Positions 38,560-51,056 are shown, numbered from the stretch's first letter. The stretch: DNA of 64,000 nucleotides from Felis catus (GCF_018350175.1 NC_058368.1:138386001-138450000), one strand, 5' to 3'. A program made the numbers and translations. The notes: a model not told the origin generated them from the letters alone.

Positions 38560-39482
38560 TGGAAGACGACTTACACAGTGTTCTCTGTCTCTCCACGTTC
38601 TTAGGTTTGCCTGTCAGGAGTTTCTGGAGGTCATTGCCTACCACGCCATACAGAACTCACTCGTTCTGTGACCGAGTGCACAGTACTCTACTGTAGGGTT
38701 GGACTGTGATGCGTGTCACCAGGTCCCCTAATGGATAGACTCTGCATTTCTTCCCAGCCTTTGTCAATGCTTCAGTGAATGCATTTGTAACTACCTTTAT
38801 GGATGTGGAAATGTTTCTGAGGGATTAATTCTCGGACATGAAATTTCTGAGAGTAAATGCGTGTTCAATTGTGATGGGTATTGACACATCATCCTCTAAA
38901 TATTGAGCCTTATCAAGAAGGTATGAGACCTGGAAAAGACTACGTTAAGTGAAAGAAGCAGGTGACCAAAAGGCCACATATCTCTAATTCCATTTATAAG
39001 GGAATGTTCAGAGTAGGCAAATCTATAGAGAGTAGCTAGTGGTTGCCAGGGGTTAGGGGCAGGGGAGATTAGGGAGTGACATCACTCCTTTTTTTTTTTT
39101 TTTTTTTAATTTTTTTTTTTCAACGTTTATTTATTTTTGGGACAGAGAGAGACAGAGCATGAACGGGGGAGGGGCAGAGAGAGAGGGAGACACAGAATCG
39201 GAAACAGGCTCCAGGCTCTGAGCCATCAGCCCAGAGCCCAACGCGGGGCTCGAACTCACGGACCGTGAGATGGTGACCTGGCTGAAGTCGGACGCTTAAC
39301 CAACTGCGCCACCCAGGCGCCCCTGACACCACTCCTTTAGAGTGATGAAAACATGCTAAACTTAGATAATGGTGATGGTTGCACACCTGTGATCATACTA
39401 AAACTCGCCGAATGGAACACTTTAAAAGGGATGAATTTTATGATAGGGGAACTGTACCTCCATAAAGCTATTATTTAAAAAA
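38560..39482. mobile_element. Old L1M 3'-UTR fragments (both orientations), interrupted by a CanSINE
   Basis: taagtgaaagaagc...aggcaaatctatagag..agtggttgccagggg...atggtgatggttgcaca...ctccataaagct. Confidence 0.75.
39092..39323 (-). mobile_element. Young felid CanSINE
   Basis: TSD TGACATCACTCCTTT / TGACACCACTCCTTT. Confidence 0.97.
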
Positions 39483-39996
39483 ACGTAAGAGGGTACCTGC
39501 CCCCCGCCCCCCTTGACGGTGTATGTTCACACTGTTGCACCATCATTCATTCTAATTAGAGCAGCCTTGCTCCATTCTTCCTTAAAGAGGAGGACCGAGC
39601 AAGAAATAAAAAGAAAGATCTAAAGAGCCAGGCAGGAACTCAGGGTTTGGGCTGTCAACTTTATAGTCTAGTGACTAAGATGGCAACCATCAAAATAATC
39701 AAGTTGTCAACAATTGCCCATGAATTCAGCAGCCACGTGGGAATGAGGCTTAAGAATCCCAAAAAAGTTGAGGGACCTATTTCCCTCAGGATTTTGAAAT
39801 CTCCTTTTGTTTTACCTAACTAAGGCCATCGATGCCACATGTCCTGAATGCAGAACTGAGTCCAGTATCCATGGAAAATACACTGAAGCCCTATGGAAGT
39901 TAAAGGAGGTATGAAAACCAAATAAAAAGTATTGTTTTTGAACACAGTTCCAGAGCTATTGATAGGTTGAGAAATGAACCACTGCGTGCCTCTCTT

Positions 39997-40218
39997 TTTT
40001 TTTTTTAAATTTTTTTTTTCAACATTTATTTTTGGGACAGAGAGAGACAGAGCATGAACGGGGGAGGGGCAGAGAGAGAGGGAGACACAGAATCGGAAAC
40101 AGGCTCCAGGCTCCGAGCCATCAGCCCAGAGCCCGACGCGGGGCTCGAACTCCCGGACCGCGAGATCATGACCTGGCTGAAGTCGGACGCTTAACCGACT
40201 GCGCCACCCAGGCGCCCC
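39997..40218 (-). mobile_element. Young felid CanSINE
   Basis: TSD TGCGTGCCTCTCTT at 39983-39996 and 40219-40232. Confidence 0.97.
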
Positions 40219-40824
40219 TGCGTGCCTCTCTTAAAGCAGACTGCTATTTTCATTGAGCCGGGTTTCCATTTCGCCTCTTTTCACCTCTCACCTCCAGATT
40301 AACCCTGCTAAATTCTTCTTTTTCTATGATGTCTTCTATTTCAGCCTGCTTGTGCCCTGTGGGATTAGAAGCTAAATACACTTTAACAAGAGTAATCCCC
40401 TAAGTGGACATGTTTCCGATATTGTTAGGCATTTGATCACAGGAGAAAGAAGAGAAAGGAGAGAAAGCTATGAAGGTAAAGAAAAAAGGTTGGCGATTTC
40501 CACGTTGGTAATATTTTGCTGCCCAGGGACTCTCCATGCCAATATTTGCATGAAAATAGACCCATTCTTAATTCTCAACAATAAGTTCATTTTCCCTCTT
40601 CCTTTGAGAGGTTATATGCCCAAAGAAACTGAGGTCCACAAGGAAAGTCTTGCTCTCTCTGACATTTCCCTGTTTGACTCAGCCTCTGTGACTTTCATAA
40701 TAACAGCCGCCGCATACAAATAGAGCTTAATTAATCTATGGCAAACACGTGTCAAGGCACATTTCGCATATTGGCTCATTTAATCTTTACTACACATCCG
40801 TGGGGAAAGCGCTCTTCCTATCAC

Positions 40825-41612
40825 TGCTATGGACTGAATTATGTGCTCCCTAAATTCGTACGTGACAGTATTTGGAAATGCGACTTAGGAAGTAATGAAG
40901 TTAGATGAGGTCATGCGGGTGGGGTCCTCACGATCAGATTCGTGCCCTTAAAGAGAAACCAGGGAGCTTGCTTCTCCTTTCTCTCGGACACGTGAGGGCA
41001 CAGCAGATAGGTGGCCATCTGCAAACCACGAAACTAGTCCTCATCAGAGAACCACTTTAACAACCATTTTGATCTTGGATTTCCTAGCCTCTAGAACGGT
41101 GAAAAAGAATCCCTGTTGTTTAAGCCACCTAGTCTTGTGGGGAAATGGGTTCTCCTTACATCAATGGGTTAGGAAAAGGCTTAGGAAGGAAAGCCGCCTC
41201 TTCCACCAGGCAAAAGCGCCTGAGGTTAGCTAGCGAGATATTGTAATGGAATCGAGTAACTTGTTAATCACCTGCAGGAAATTACTTTCCATCTGGCTCC
41301 AATGTACCTTGATCACAAACTCCCCTTGCCCCCCAGACCCTTTGCTTCTTACGCACGCAAGTAAGTGATGACTGCCTGATTGTTTTCTCCACATTCACGT
41401 GTGTAAGATCCTGTTTTTTTCACGTTCACCACGTGGGTAGTATCTTGTGAGCTCAATAAATACGGAGACGAACGCCCTCTTCGCGGCTCTTGTCTCTTCT
41501 TGGACGCGGGTCTCTTTTGTTTTCAGTTCTTCATCTGCTCTCTTGCTGTACGAGGGAACTCCAGACTCCTAGTCTGCGATATTTTGTTTAGGCAGCTTAG
41601 GCTAGCTGATAT
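40825..41612 (+). mobile_element. MaLR LTR (MLT1A-like) split by an ERV LTR
   Basis: Starts tgctatggactgaat; ...tgttgtttaagccacctagtct is interrupted and resumes tagtctgcgatattttgtt..ggcagc. Confidence 0.85.
41136..41570 (+). mobile_element. ERV solo LTR (class uncertain)
   Basis: Starts TGTGGGGAAA; AATAAA at 41455-41460; direct repeat (CC)TAGTCT at 41128-41135 and 41568-41575; cleanly interrupts MLT1. Confidence 0.8.
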
Positions 41613-42249
41613 GACCGTCATTACGTAGAGGAGAAAACTGAGATCAAGAGGGGTTAAGGAACTTATTTTGTAAGGACTGCAATGTCATGAAGGCAGGATT
41701 CAGACTCAGTCTGACTCAAGGTCTGCATTCCCTGCTGTTAGAGCTGATTGTGACGAAGGCTAAGGTTTCTCTGTGTTTTCCTAGCCGCTCCTCTTTGTCA
41801 TTTTGGATTTCAGTCCTACCCTCTTTTGGGCTGGAAAAAGATTATGTCTCTGATTCCGCTGTAGCTTTCTTCCCGTTGTTTCGGAGGCTGCTCTCTTTAT
41901 TCATCTGTAAGAGCTGGGGCTTTTTAAAATTTCTGCCAATTACCTCCTAGTATGGTGCCCGGGTGGGTATTTGACAAGTCTTCACTTGAGTGAATATGTG
42001 TATAGTAAAGATAAAACTACCTTACCTCATGAAGTTTTATGAATAAGAATAAATCATTGTAAGGTCTTTGAAAAGAATATTACAGCAGGGGAGACTGTTG
42101 GTAATAATCCAGCTAACCAACAGACCTGCTTAAGCAGGTACCTATGCCTCAAAATAAGTAATTTTGTACTGCCTTATCATCGTGGACTTCGGGTCTGACA
42201 AAAGGGACACCAGTTTTCTGTGTTGCTCTTGGCTCTTTGCTCCTACTAG

Positions 42250-42680
42250 TCTTCCTGCGGGCTGGGTTGTTGCAAAGCAAACCCTCGATTGAATTTATGC
42301 AGGATGTATGCAGGACACTTATCAAGGCGTGTCCTTGGTATGCTTTGCCTCGGGGAAGGGAGAGGGCTGCAGCAGGGCGGGATAGAAGAAGCAAAGATTT
42401 ACTGGAGGGCCAGTCCCATCAGGAGCACTTGAAATAAAGTGGCCTTTCGGGTTGTCCTGAGTTAAGCTAGATAGGCAGGTCTCCATATTCTATAGTGACT
42501 CAGTCTCTAGATATGGGCTACCTGGGCAGGGGCCTGGTTCTGGGGGAGAAAATTTGTTGCAGCTGAGGCACAGTTCCTGACGGGGCCGACAGCTGAAAGC
42601 TGTCCACTGAGACCCGCAGAAGCTGGACCGACAGGCCCTTGATCTCAGGGAGGCCTCCGCGGTCTATCCCCGTGTCCACA
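42250..42680 (-). mobile_element. ERVL LTR16A/B-like remnant
   Basis: gggctgggtt..caaagcaaac.ct...gggttgtcctgag...ggggccgacagctgaa.gctgtc...gtgtccaca. Confidence 0.6.
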
Positions 42681-44546
42681 TGAAAAAACGGTGGTTCGGG
42701 ACGAGTGTTCTGCAGAATAGGAGCCCAGCATGGAGGGTGTTTTCTTTATTACAGAATATTACTTTCCTCTCTTGAGCCAGATTTTCTTATAAGGACTCTT
42801 GGCAGGTGCCCAAAGATCTTAGGTCTGTGGAGGATGTTTTAGAAAGGCTTTCACTTACATTGCCTCTCCTGTGAGCTTCCCTTCTAAGAACACTCCCCCT
42901 CCAAAATCGAGCCGTAAATACATTTTCTCCTCTTTCCTTCATATCTCAGGAAGAAGTTGCCTTTTCTTTTCTCAGGTTAATCGTCCTTCTGTGAAAATCA
43001 ACCTTTCATTTGACCCCTCTTGACCTCCCACAGAGCCTTGTCCTTTCAAAGATTCTCCCTCCAGTCTCCTGGATTTCTTTCCCCGGCTATGCAGGGGAAG
43101 TCTCTAAATACTATCTTTGAGGTGATAGGATCTTGTTAGGGGAGTACCACAACAGTGGTATTTGGTGAGGAATTCTCTGGAAACTGTGTCCAAGATGGGT
43201 GTGGGAATCCAGGCCTGCAAGCAGAGACCCCCCCCAAAATGAGCTGGAGCTCTGCTGTGAAATGCAATGTGACTGCTCCCAAGCAGGTTCTTCTGGGTAG
43301 CCCTGATTAGTAATTCGTAGTTGCTTCTGACTCCACGAAGCCCATTAGGGTTGAATTGGTAGGCAGTCTCACGGTAAAGCAGGCAGAAGGGGGGTTTTTG
43401 GTGTTGTTCAGGACTGACTTTGACTTCTAGCCAGTTAGGACGTGAATCCATGACCTGTTCAGTCACGGGATCTTCTAGAAGAATGAGCTGGGACCCACTT
43501 GGTGAATCCTGCTGGAATCAGTGACGGAGATACTGCCCAGGTATCTTGCATTGCGATACCTCGTTTTCCAGTGGTCTATATTCCCCTGGACCTGTGACAC
43601 AGGACACAAAAGAACCCGCTCCTGTGAACACAAGTGAAGGACACAGTGGGGACTTGGCCCTCAGGGGGGAAGGAAGCTGAGGACCAGATCCTGTCCTCCT
43701 CTCCAGACTCCTCTCTTTAGCTATCTTCAAATTTTTCGTGCAGCCGCCAGGTCACAGGGTGTCCCTTTCGGCTTCCTAAGATGGGAAAGTTACATACATA
43801 GTCGAGGAGCCAAGGGCCAGAAATTCTACCTTTTTACCTCCCAACACTCTTGGAGGCCTAGATGCAAATATCCCTTCCCCCACGTCTCCCATAAAGGCAG
43901 ACTGACCACACAATCAGAGAAACGAACGGAACACCCAGTTTATGTTGAAGAAAATTCAACCTGTATCTGCTGCTCCGTCTCTGCCAGCGGACCTTTCTAG
44001 TTCTTTGCTTCTTCTCCTTCACCTTAAAGTCATCAAATACCATTGCACTTTGTGCCCTCCCCCCCCCCCACCAAAAAATAATCCTGTTAGCCTCCGTTTC
44101 CTCCTCTGAAACATGTGGTTTAATAACCCCTACCTCCGGAGGTTGCCGTAAGGGGGTCATTCAATGCCATGACACAAGTCAAGACCACTCCGTGGCATCG
44201 AGCACCTAGTAAGCCTCCATACACATACGCTTCCTCCTCGCCAGGCAGTTCCTTTAACGCCACTGGCTCAGATAGAGCCCAGCTGGTCAGGAGCCGTGTC
44301 TACCTTGGCTCCTTCAAACAAATGGGCCCAATTACTTTCTGATTTTACTTTTTTTTGAGAAAGAAGAGAAGGGGATGGGCAGAAGGAGAGAGTGAGCATG
44401 TGCGAGCACGCAGGTTGTGAGAGGCAGAAGGAAAGGGAGAGAGAAAATCTTGAGCAGCCTCTGGGCTTAGTTCGGAGCTCAATGTGAGCCCTGATCTCAT
44501 GACCATGAGATTATGACCTGAGCTGAAATCAAGGGTTGGATGCTTA

Positions 44547-44760
44547 GGGGCACCGGGGTACCTCAGTCTGTTGAGCATCCGACTTTGCCTCAGGTCATGA
44601 TTTCATGGTCACTAGTTCGAGTCCCGAATCAGGGCTCTGTGCTGACAGCTCAGACAGAGCCTGGAGCCTGCTTCACATTCTGTGTCTCCCTTTCTGCCCC
44701 TCCCTGACTCATGCTCGCGCTGTCTCTCTCTCTCTCTCTCAAAAATAAAACCTTAAAAAT
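44547..44760 (+). mobile_element. CanSINE (nested, more diverged)
   Basis: ggggcaccggggtacctcagtc head; flanked by GTTGGATGCT at 44535 and 44761. Confidence 0.93.
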
Positions 44761-44771
44761 GTTGGATGCTC

Positions 44772-44985
44772 GGGGTGCCTGGGTGGCTCAGTCGGTTAAG
44801 TGTCTGACTTCAGCTCAGGTCATGATCTCACGGTTCGTGGGTTCGAGCCCCACATCGGCCTCTGTGCTGACAGCTCAGAGCCTGGAGCCTGTTTCAGATT
44901 CTGTGTCTCCCTGTCTCTCTGCTCCTCCCCCACTTGCACTGTCTCTATCTCAAAAATAAAACATTAAAAAAAATTTTTTTAAAAA
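44772..44985 (+). mobile_element. CanSINE (nested, less diverged)
   Basis: ggggtgcctgggtggctcagtcgg head; followed by tcgggtgctc, a diverged copy of the target. Confidence 0.94.
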
Positions 44986-45719
44986 TCGGGTGCTCCAGTG
45001 ACTGAGCTAGCCAGGTGCCCCTGATTTTACATTTAAACCCAGTGTCCAAATCCCCATCCTGCTTTTACTGGTGAGCTATCTCCTCAATGGCAATTAAACA
45101 GATGTACTATGAGCTGGGAGAATGCAAGACTGCACAAACAAACAAAAACAACATGTAAGTAACCCGTAAGGGCTTTCAGAGTACCCTGAGCTCAAATGGC
45201 TGGTGCTTTTCCATTTAAGGATGAGGTGTTATTTTTGTTGTCGGTACTAGGCTGAATAGAACAAGATGGTTTTTTAGTGCCGAAGTGAGCGTAAGAGGAC
45301 CTACTTGTCATTGTCAACCTCTCCCAGCATCCCAATGTTAACCAATCTACTTGATGAAGATTTGTCCTTGCCCTTGGGGTTTGCCTTAGAAGAGTTAAAA
45401 TTCCTTCTCTATTGTGAGCCCCTGAAAATTCATTGTAAGTCAACAAGCAAAGAATGAGTTACAAGGAAGGGCAGAGCAAAAATCAACCATCACACAGTGG
45501 TGTCTTAGGCAAAGAATTGTCCAGAGCTTTCCCTTGTTTCCCTAGAAACTTTCACAACTGCAATCGAGGCTCAGGGGGCAGTTGGATTAAAGGCAAAAGG
45601 AAGTAGGGAGTAATTACGTTTAATCAGACTAACCAAACCTATTTGTAAGTGAATTTTAAAAGATGACTTTGAGGAAGTTGACTCTTGTTTCATGATCGAC
45701 CTTCTTATTCTCTACCTCG

Positions 45720-46141
45720 TGATATGCCCCGATTCGAGAGACCCCCCGAAAACAAATCACCAGAGTCCAGAGTCAAAGCCAAGCGGCAAGGGTCGTTTAT
45801 TGCAGGTTCGAACCTGGTCCTCCGCACATTCATTGCCGGTGACGCTAAGAGGCCCCGAGTAAGGATCTTACAGCTTCTTTTATAGACAGGCACAAACAAG
45901 TTAAGGATTTTTTTGAGGTTACAGAGCTGTTATTGGTTAATATTTAAATTTGAACGCTCAGCAGAACTTGATTGGTTCCCGCCTTTATTTCAAACCATTC
46001 AGCAGAACTTGATTGGTTCCTGCTTTTATGTCAGACTACAACCGGGCGCGCCCTGGCTGGTTTCCGGAACGGCGGGGGGAGGGGAAAGATCTTTTCTTTG
46101 CAGTTGTGAGTACACCTGGTAATTTTTCTCTTAGCCTCTCA
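45720..46141 (-). mobile_element. Young ERV solo LTR (422 bp)
   Basis: TG...CA termini; 5-bp TSD CCTCG (45715-45719, 46142-46146); minus strand has three CCAAT, TATAAAA (45878-45884) and AATAAA (45796-45801) in U3-R order; many CpGs. Confidence 0.9.
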
Positions 46142-46559
46142 CCTCGCACATCACCTTGACTGTGTGGACGCTAACCTGGCAGAGGGATGTAGAGGAAAGG
46201 TCACAGTTGTCAGGCCTGGGTCAGGACTCTGGCTTTGCTACCTAGTATTGCTATGACCTTGACGAAGTTACTCCTTGGAACTTGAGTTTTTCCAACAGTA
46301 AAATGGGTTTTTAATTTTTTTTTTTTTATGGTGCACATAAAATAGCAATGTATATACGAAGTGCCTGGAATGAAGTAGTTTTAAAAATGCTATAGCTCCT
46401 CTCTCCTTGCTTCCTAATTCAGAAGATGTCCAGTGGGTTTTTAGTCATGTGACAATATCAGTTGCTACCAGTTTTCTATGAATTACCACATTGTGACACC
46501 GAATATTCCAGGCCTAATGCCACAAGCACCTCCAGATGCGGAGATGACATTGCTGAGGC

Positions 46560-46780
46560 CCCCTGCTTCCATGGCTTTGAATCCAAGCCCTGCCACTTAC
46601 AAATGTGTCAATGTGGTGTGGGCAATTTACTTAACCTCTCTGTGCCTCACTTTCCTCCTCGGTAAAATGTTATCAATACCTACCTCCTAGCATTGCCCTG
46701 AGGATTGAGGATTAATTAATGTATTTAAAGCAAAGAGTATGGTGCCTGGCAACTATAAGAACTCTGTTAGCCCTGATTGT
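46560..46780 (+). mobile_element. MIR
   Basis: ttgaatcc.agccctgccacttac...gggcaatttacttaacctctctgtgcctca.tttcctc.tc.gtaaaatg. Confidence 0.85.
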
Positions 46781-47342
46781 TACAGATTCTAGGTGAGTAC
46801 TTGAGCTGCCTACTAGCTCACAGACCCCATCTTTGGGAATTGCCCCCACCCACGACCCCATCTCCCCTAGTGATGTTTGTATTACACAAACGGATCCTTC
46901 ATCCACTTCATAGTTGTTTGCATCAGGAATGGACATCTTAGTTGGATAAATCCAAACCCTCTCCTTGGTTTGGGAGCAGGGAGCACTTGAGCCAGTGAAT
47001 TGTGGGTTGCTGAGCTGAATGGTTGTACAGACACAGACTGGAGGCCATTATCCAAGCCCTGATGGTTGGATAGAAAAAGCTTTTCTGAGAAAAGTAGGAA
47101 AGTGGGGCAGATAGGAGAGAAAACCAGAAAGGAGAAACTCGATGATCCATCCGACATGGTGAGAGGCTTGGGGAAAGGACTTCCAGTTCTCGAGACCAAA
47201 CTAAGGAACTCTGTGCTTGAATCTCTGACAGCTCCAAATTCTTAGACCAACAAGTCTCCAGTTCCAGTCTCTTCCTTGACTAGCTGAAGCACCCCTCTCT
47301 GTTCTACGCACATAAAGAAGCTGTGATTAAAACTCAAGTTCA

Positions 47343-47531
47343 GGGGAGCCTGGGGGGCTTAGTCGGTTGACCATCCTACTTCAGCTCAGGTCATGATCTC
47401 ATGGCTTGTGAGTTCAAGCCTCCCATACAGCTCCCTGCGATCAGTGCAGAGCCAGGTTCAGATCCTCTGTCCCCCTCTCTGCCCTCTCCCTGCTTGTGCT
47501 CTCTCAAAAATAAACGAACACTTAAAAAAAA
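47343..47531 (+). mobile_element. CanSINE (older)
   Basis: Diverged head, cagctcaggtcatgatctc core, A tail. Confidence 0.9.
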
Positions 47532-47667
47532 CCTAGAAAAACAAACACTGAACTTCAGCAGAAAAGACGATTAGTGATCTGTAAATGTTCTTTGCTGACA
47601 TAGTTGCAGAATTTTGAAACTATGCATCTGCACCCACTTTCCAATTAACATCTAAAATCTATTCACT

Positions 47668-47850
47668 TTATGTATTGTAGAATCTAAGAATACTTTAATT
47701 TCAAGATATTATGCTTCATACTGGTTGTATTAGACTACACACAGCTAAGAAAGAAAATATCCAAATATGACCCACCATCCTTATGATGCACCCCCATTTC
47801 AGAGATGTTAAATATGTGAAAAATATATAGGTCTAAGAGTGATTGAAATG
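47668..47850. mobile_element. MER104-like Tc2 MITE
   Basis: gaatctaaga...gatgcaccc.catttcagagatgttaaa.atgtgaaaaa recalls the MER104 consensus. Confidence 0.55.
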
Positions 47851-47939
47851 TGTTCATAACCAAGGATGTAATAACTTTTGCAACATGTTGCAAACATTTA
47901 AAAAACTAAAACTGCTCCAGTATCTGTAAGGCTTTAAGT

Positions 47940-48136
47940 CTGCACTATCCAATACAGTAGTCATTAGTGGCTATTCAAGTTTAAATTAATTAAAACTAAG
48001 TGAAATGAAAAATTCAGTTCCCTTATTATTTTAGCCACCAGTACTCAATAGCCACAAGTGCCTCATTGGCTACCATATTGGTAGTGCACAGAGAGAACCC
48101 TTCTCTCATCGCAGAAGATTCCATTGGACAGAGCTG
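47940..48136. mobile_element. MER3 hAT MITE
   Basis: ctgcactatccaata..gtggctatt..aaattcagttcc..ctcaatagccac..ggctaccatattgg..catcgcagaa..attggacagagctg. Confidence 0.85.
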
Positions 48137-48921
48137 TTCTAAAAGTTAAAAATTTCGTCTGAATTCCTTTATCATTGTACCAATTATAAGTACTCCTTTG
48201 CTTAAAACAACCTATACATGTAACCTATTTTTATAAAAAGAAACCTTTACACCGCTGTGTCTTAGTCAAAGGAAAGGGGTGGCTTTCTTTCCCAATGGTT
48301 TGTGTGTTCTATGACTTTGAGAATGAACTGGGTTCAGCATCAGCTGTATTACTAATTGTTAATTTCTCAGTGTTTCCATCTAGAACATTTTTTTCATGCA
48401 AATAAGTAGATGAAAACTGAAAGTTTTACTCTAGCATTGCTGCTCAGTTCTCTGAACTTACGAGTTTATGAGCCAAAAATCAGATAATGATCTATCCAAA
48501 TTTACATTTCAGAATCAGTTGACAACTTGATTAGGCATTTCTTCATTTCTGTTCAAATAAAAAAAACTAGAAACTACTTGACTTGCAAAATAATTTGGCA
48601 TTCTAGTCATCTACTTTCTCAGTTTCTGGGAAGTATACCAAAAACCTACCAAGAGTTATTAAGTTTATTATAAACTAAACCTTTTACTCTTTCACTTAGG
48701 GGCACTGTATTTAACCTATTCAGAATAGGTTAAGAACATATTGCTAATTTTAGTATACACTTACCAATACAATATATTGTGTGAATGCTTTTTTCTTACC
48801 ATGTATTTTAAATAAAATTTTTTCAGAAGCTGAAGATTTTAACTTATGTAACTGTGAGAAATATGTTGATCAAAAATCCTGATGAGAGAAGCCTAGCTTA
48901 ATTATAAATTACAGTTGCTTT

Positions 48922-49138
48922 AGGGCGCCTGGGTGGCTCAGTCGGTTAAGCGTCCGACTTCGGCTCAGGTCATGATCTCGCAGTCCGTGAGTTCGAGCCC
49001 CACGTCGGGCTCTGTGCTGACAGCTCAGAGCCTGGAGCCTGTTTCAGATTCTGTGTCTCCCTCTCTCTGCCCCTCCCCCGTTCATGCTCTGTCTCCCTCT
49101 GTCTCAAAAATAAATAAACGTTAAAAAAATTAAAAAAA
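48922..49138 (+). mobile_element. CanSINE (feliform)
   Basis: TSD AAATTACAGTTGCTT at 48906-48920 and 49139-49153. Confidence 0.97.
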
Positions 49139-50046
49139 AAATTACAGTTGCTTCATGATAGGAAAAGTATGACTTCAATTTAGAACTGAAATAAATATGG
49201 TAACGTTTTGAGAAATATTATAAGATCCAATGAAAAATTAGGGGATGCATTTTGTAAGGTAGATCAAGTTGGGATTAAAATGACAACTATAATTCATTTT
49301 TATAATGTTGCAGAATAGTAAGTGAGTAAGTTCTTCTCTCTACTTTGTAATAACGCAAGGTGATGGTGAGAAAACGTTATGTATGAAGCAAGAAGCAAGG
49401 AGTTTGACACATTTTTTTCGTAATTGGCATGGTAATTTTTTAGTAAACCTATGTGAATGCATGTGTAAAACTCTGGTGTTTGGTTTTAGACAATTAAGGC
49501 AGAATCCTATAAAAATAAAGAAGCCCCTTAATTTTATCAGATACTAATTTCATTAGACATTTTCTTTTGTAATTAAAGTGAAAGGTATATATTTATAGAT
49601 GCTAATTATTTGGCAGCTAGAATATAATTCTTGAAAATTGGAGGTGGCAAATATTAAACATTCTGTTAATGAAATTAGGGGAGAGTTGACCATAGCTGGG
49701 ATATATATAATTTGATAAAATAGATTTTTGACATCATATTAATAAATGCCAAGTCTGAAAAAATATCATTACAAAATTTTATTCAAAAGGATTTTTTCCA
49801 ATGTGTCTTCTTAAAAATATAGCCATCCCAAGAAAGATTCCATTTCCATTTGAAAGAATAAACATTAGAAGTCTATACGATTTGACTGTTTCTTTCCAAG
49901 TAGTGATCTATTCCAAAGAAGACTTGGAGAATAGCTGAACATTATAACTTTTATTTGAATATGTAAGGAAAAACCTGTTTTTAGAGATCCCTATTTTTCT
50001 GTTCTCTTCGGTTCCTTGGAATTATTCCTCAAGAATCAGGTATTCT

Positions 50047-50480
50047 GGGGCATCTGGATGGCTCAGTCAGTTGTGTCTGATTCTTGATTTCAGCACAGGT
50101 CATCATCTCCCTGTTCATGAGATGGAGGCCTGCCTTAGGCTCTGAGTTGACAGCTTGGAGCCTGCTTGGGTTTCTCTCTCTCCCCCTCCCCCTCCCCCAC
50201 TCACACACTCTCTCTCAAAAATAAACTTAGGGGCGCCTGGGTGGCGCAGTCGGTTAAGCGTCCGACTTCAGCCAGGTCACGCTCTCGCGGTCCGGGAGTT
50301 CGAGCCCCGCGTCGGGCTCTGGGCTGATGGCTCAGAGCCTGGAGCCTGTTTCCGATTCTGTGTCTCCCTCTCTCTCTGCCCCTCCCCCGTTCATGCTCTG
50401 TCTCTCTCTGTCCCAAAAATAAATGTTGAAAAAAAAAATTAAAAAAAATAAAAATAAAAATAAATAAACTTAAAAAAGAT
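50047..50480 (+). mobile_element. Older CanSINE whose A tail hosts a young CanSINE
   Basis: ggggcatctggatggctcag head; outer TSD AGGTATTCT at 50038 and 50484. Confidence 0.9.
50230..50461 (+). mobile_element. Young felid CanSINE
   Basis: Near-consensus; TSD AAATAAACTTA at 50219-50229 and 50462-50472. Confidence 0.97.
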
Positions 50481-50961
50481 GTAAGGTATTCTGACAAGCG
50501 CTAGTGGAGGAAAGAAAAATGATAAAAGCAGTCCTTATTCCATCAACCTGTTCCACCACAGATTTGAGTTCTGGACGTGGGCTGAAACGCCCCTGGGGCT
50601 GGGAAAGCCGGCGGCCCTATAGGTTTGTGGTGCTTAGACAATGTGTGACTTTTGTTGCCTTGGAGAGTCCCACACTGTGGCAAGGTGCCAGGGTAAGATT
50701 TGAGATGAGTGAGAGATTTGTCTTTATTTCATAGAGACCAGAGAAGGACTTTTGGATAATACAGGCCCATTCTCATTCTCAGACTACATGAATTTTAGGA
50801 AAAAGTACAGGCAGAAATTGAGGATCTGGGGGAAAAAAATCTCTTAGAACTACATGGGATCACACAGCTCTTGGAAAGTGTATGAGTCTGAAATATCAAT
50901 GGTCTACATGCTTGTTTATAAAACTGGGTTTCTTCTTTCTTAAAAAAACATCATTATTAAA

Positions 50962-51056
50962 GGGGCACCTGGCTGGGTTAGTTGGTGGGGTATGCAACCC
51001 TTGATCTAAGGGTCCTGAGTTTGAGCCCCACTTGAGCATAGAGATTACTTTAAAAA
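50962..51056 (+). mobile_element. Short old CanSINE
   Basis: ggggcacctggctgg...cttgatct.agggtc.tgagtttgagcccca..catagagattactt. Confidence 0.85.

Larger units (their letters stand above)
40720..41730 (-). mobile_element. MIR split by MLT1 (MIR parts ~40720-40824 and ~41613-41730)
   Basis: ctcatttaatct... before the MLT1; gaggagaaaactgagatcaagaggggttaagga.ctt...caggattcagactcagtctgactc after it. Confidence 0.65.
44349..45021 (-). mobile_element. Older CanSINE split by two younger CanSINEs (parts 44349-44545 and ~44986-45021)
   Basis: Outer TSD CTGATTTTAC at 44339-44348 and 45021-45030; head continues as gactgagctagccaggtgccc. Confidence 0.9.

Noticed and set aside
46780..46800. tacag|ATTCTAG|gtgagt micro-exon-like arrangement
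   Set aside because: Sits at a MIR end with no polypyrimidine tract; such motifs are common by chance.
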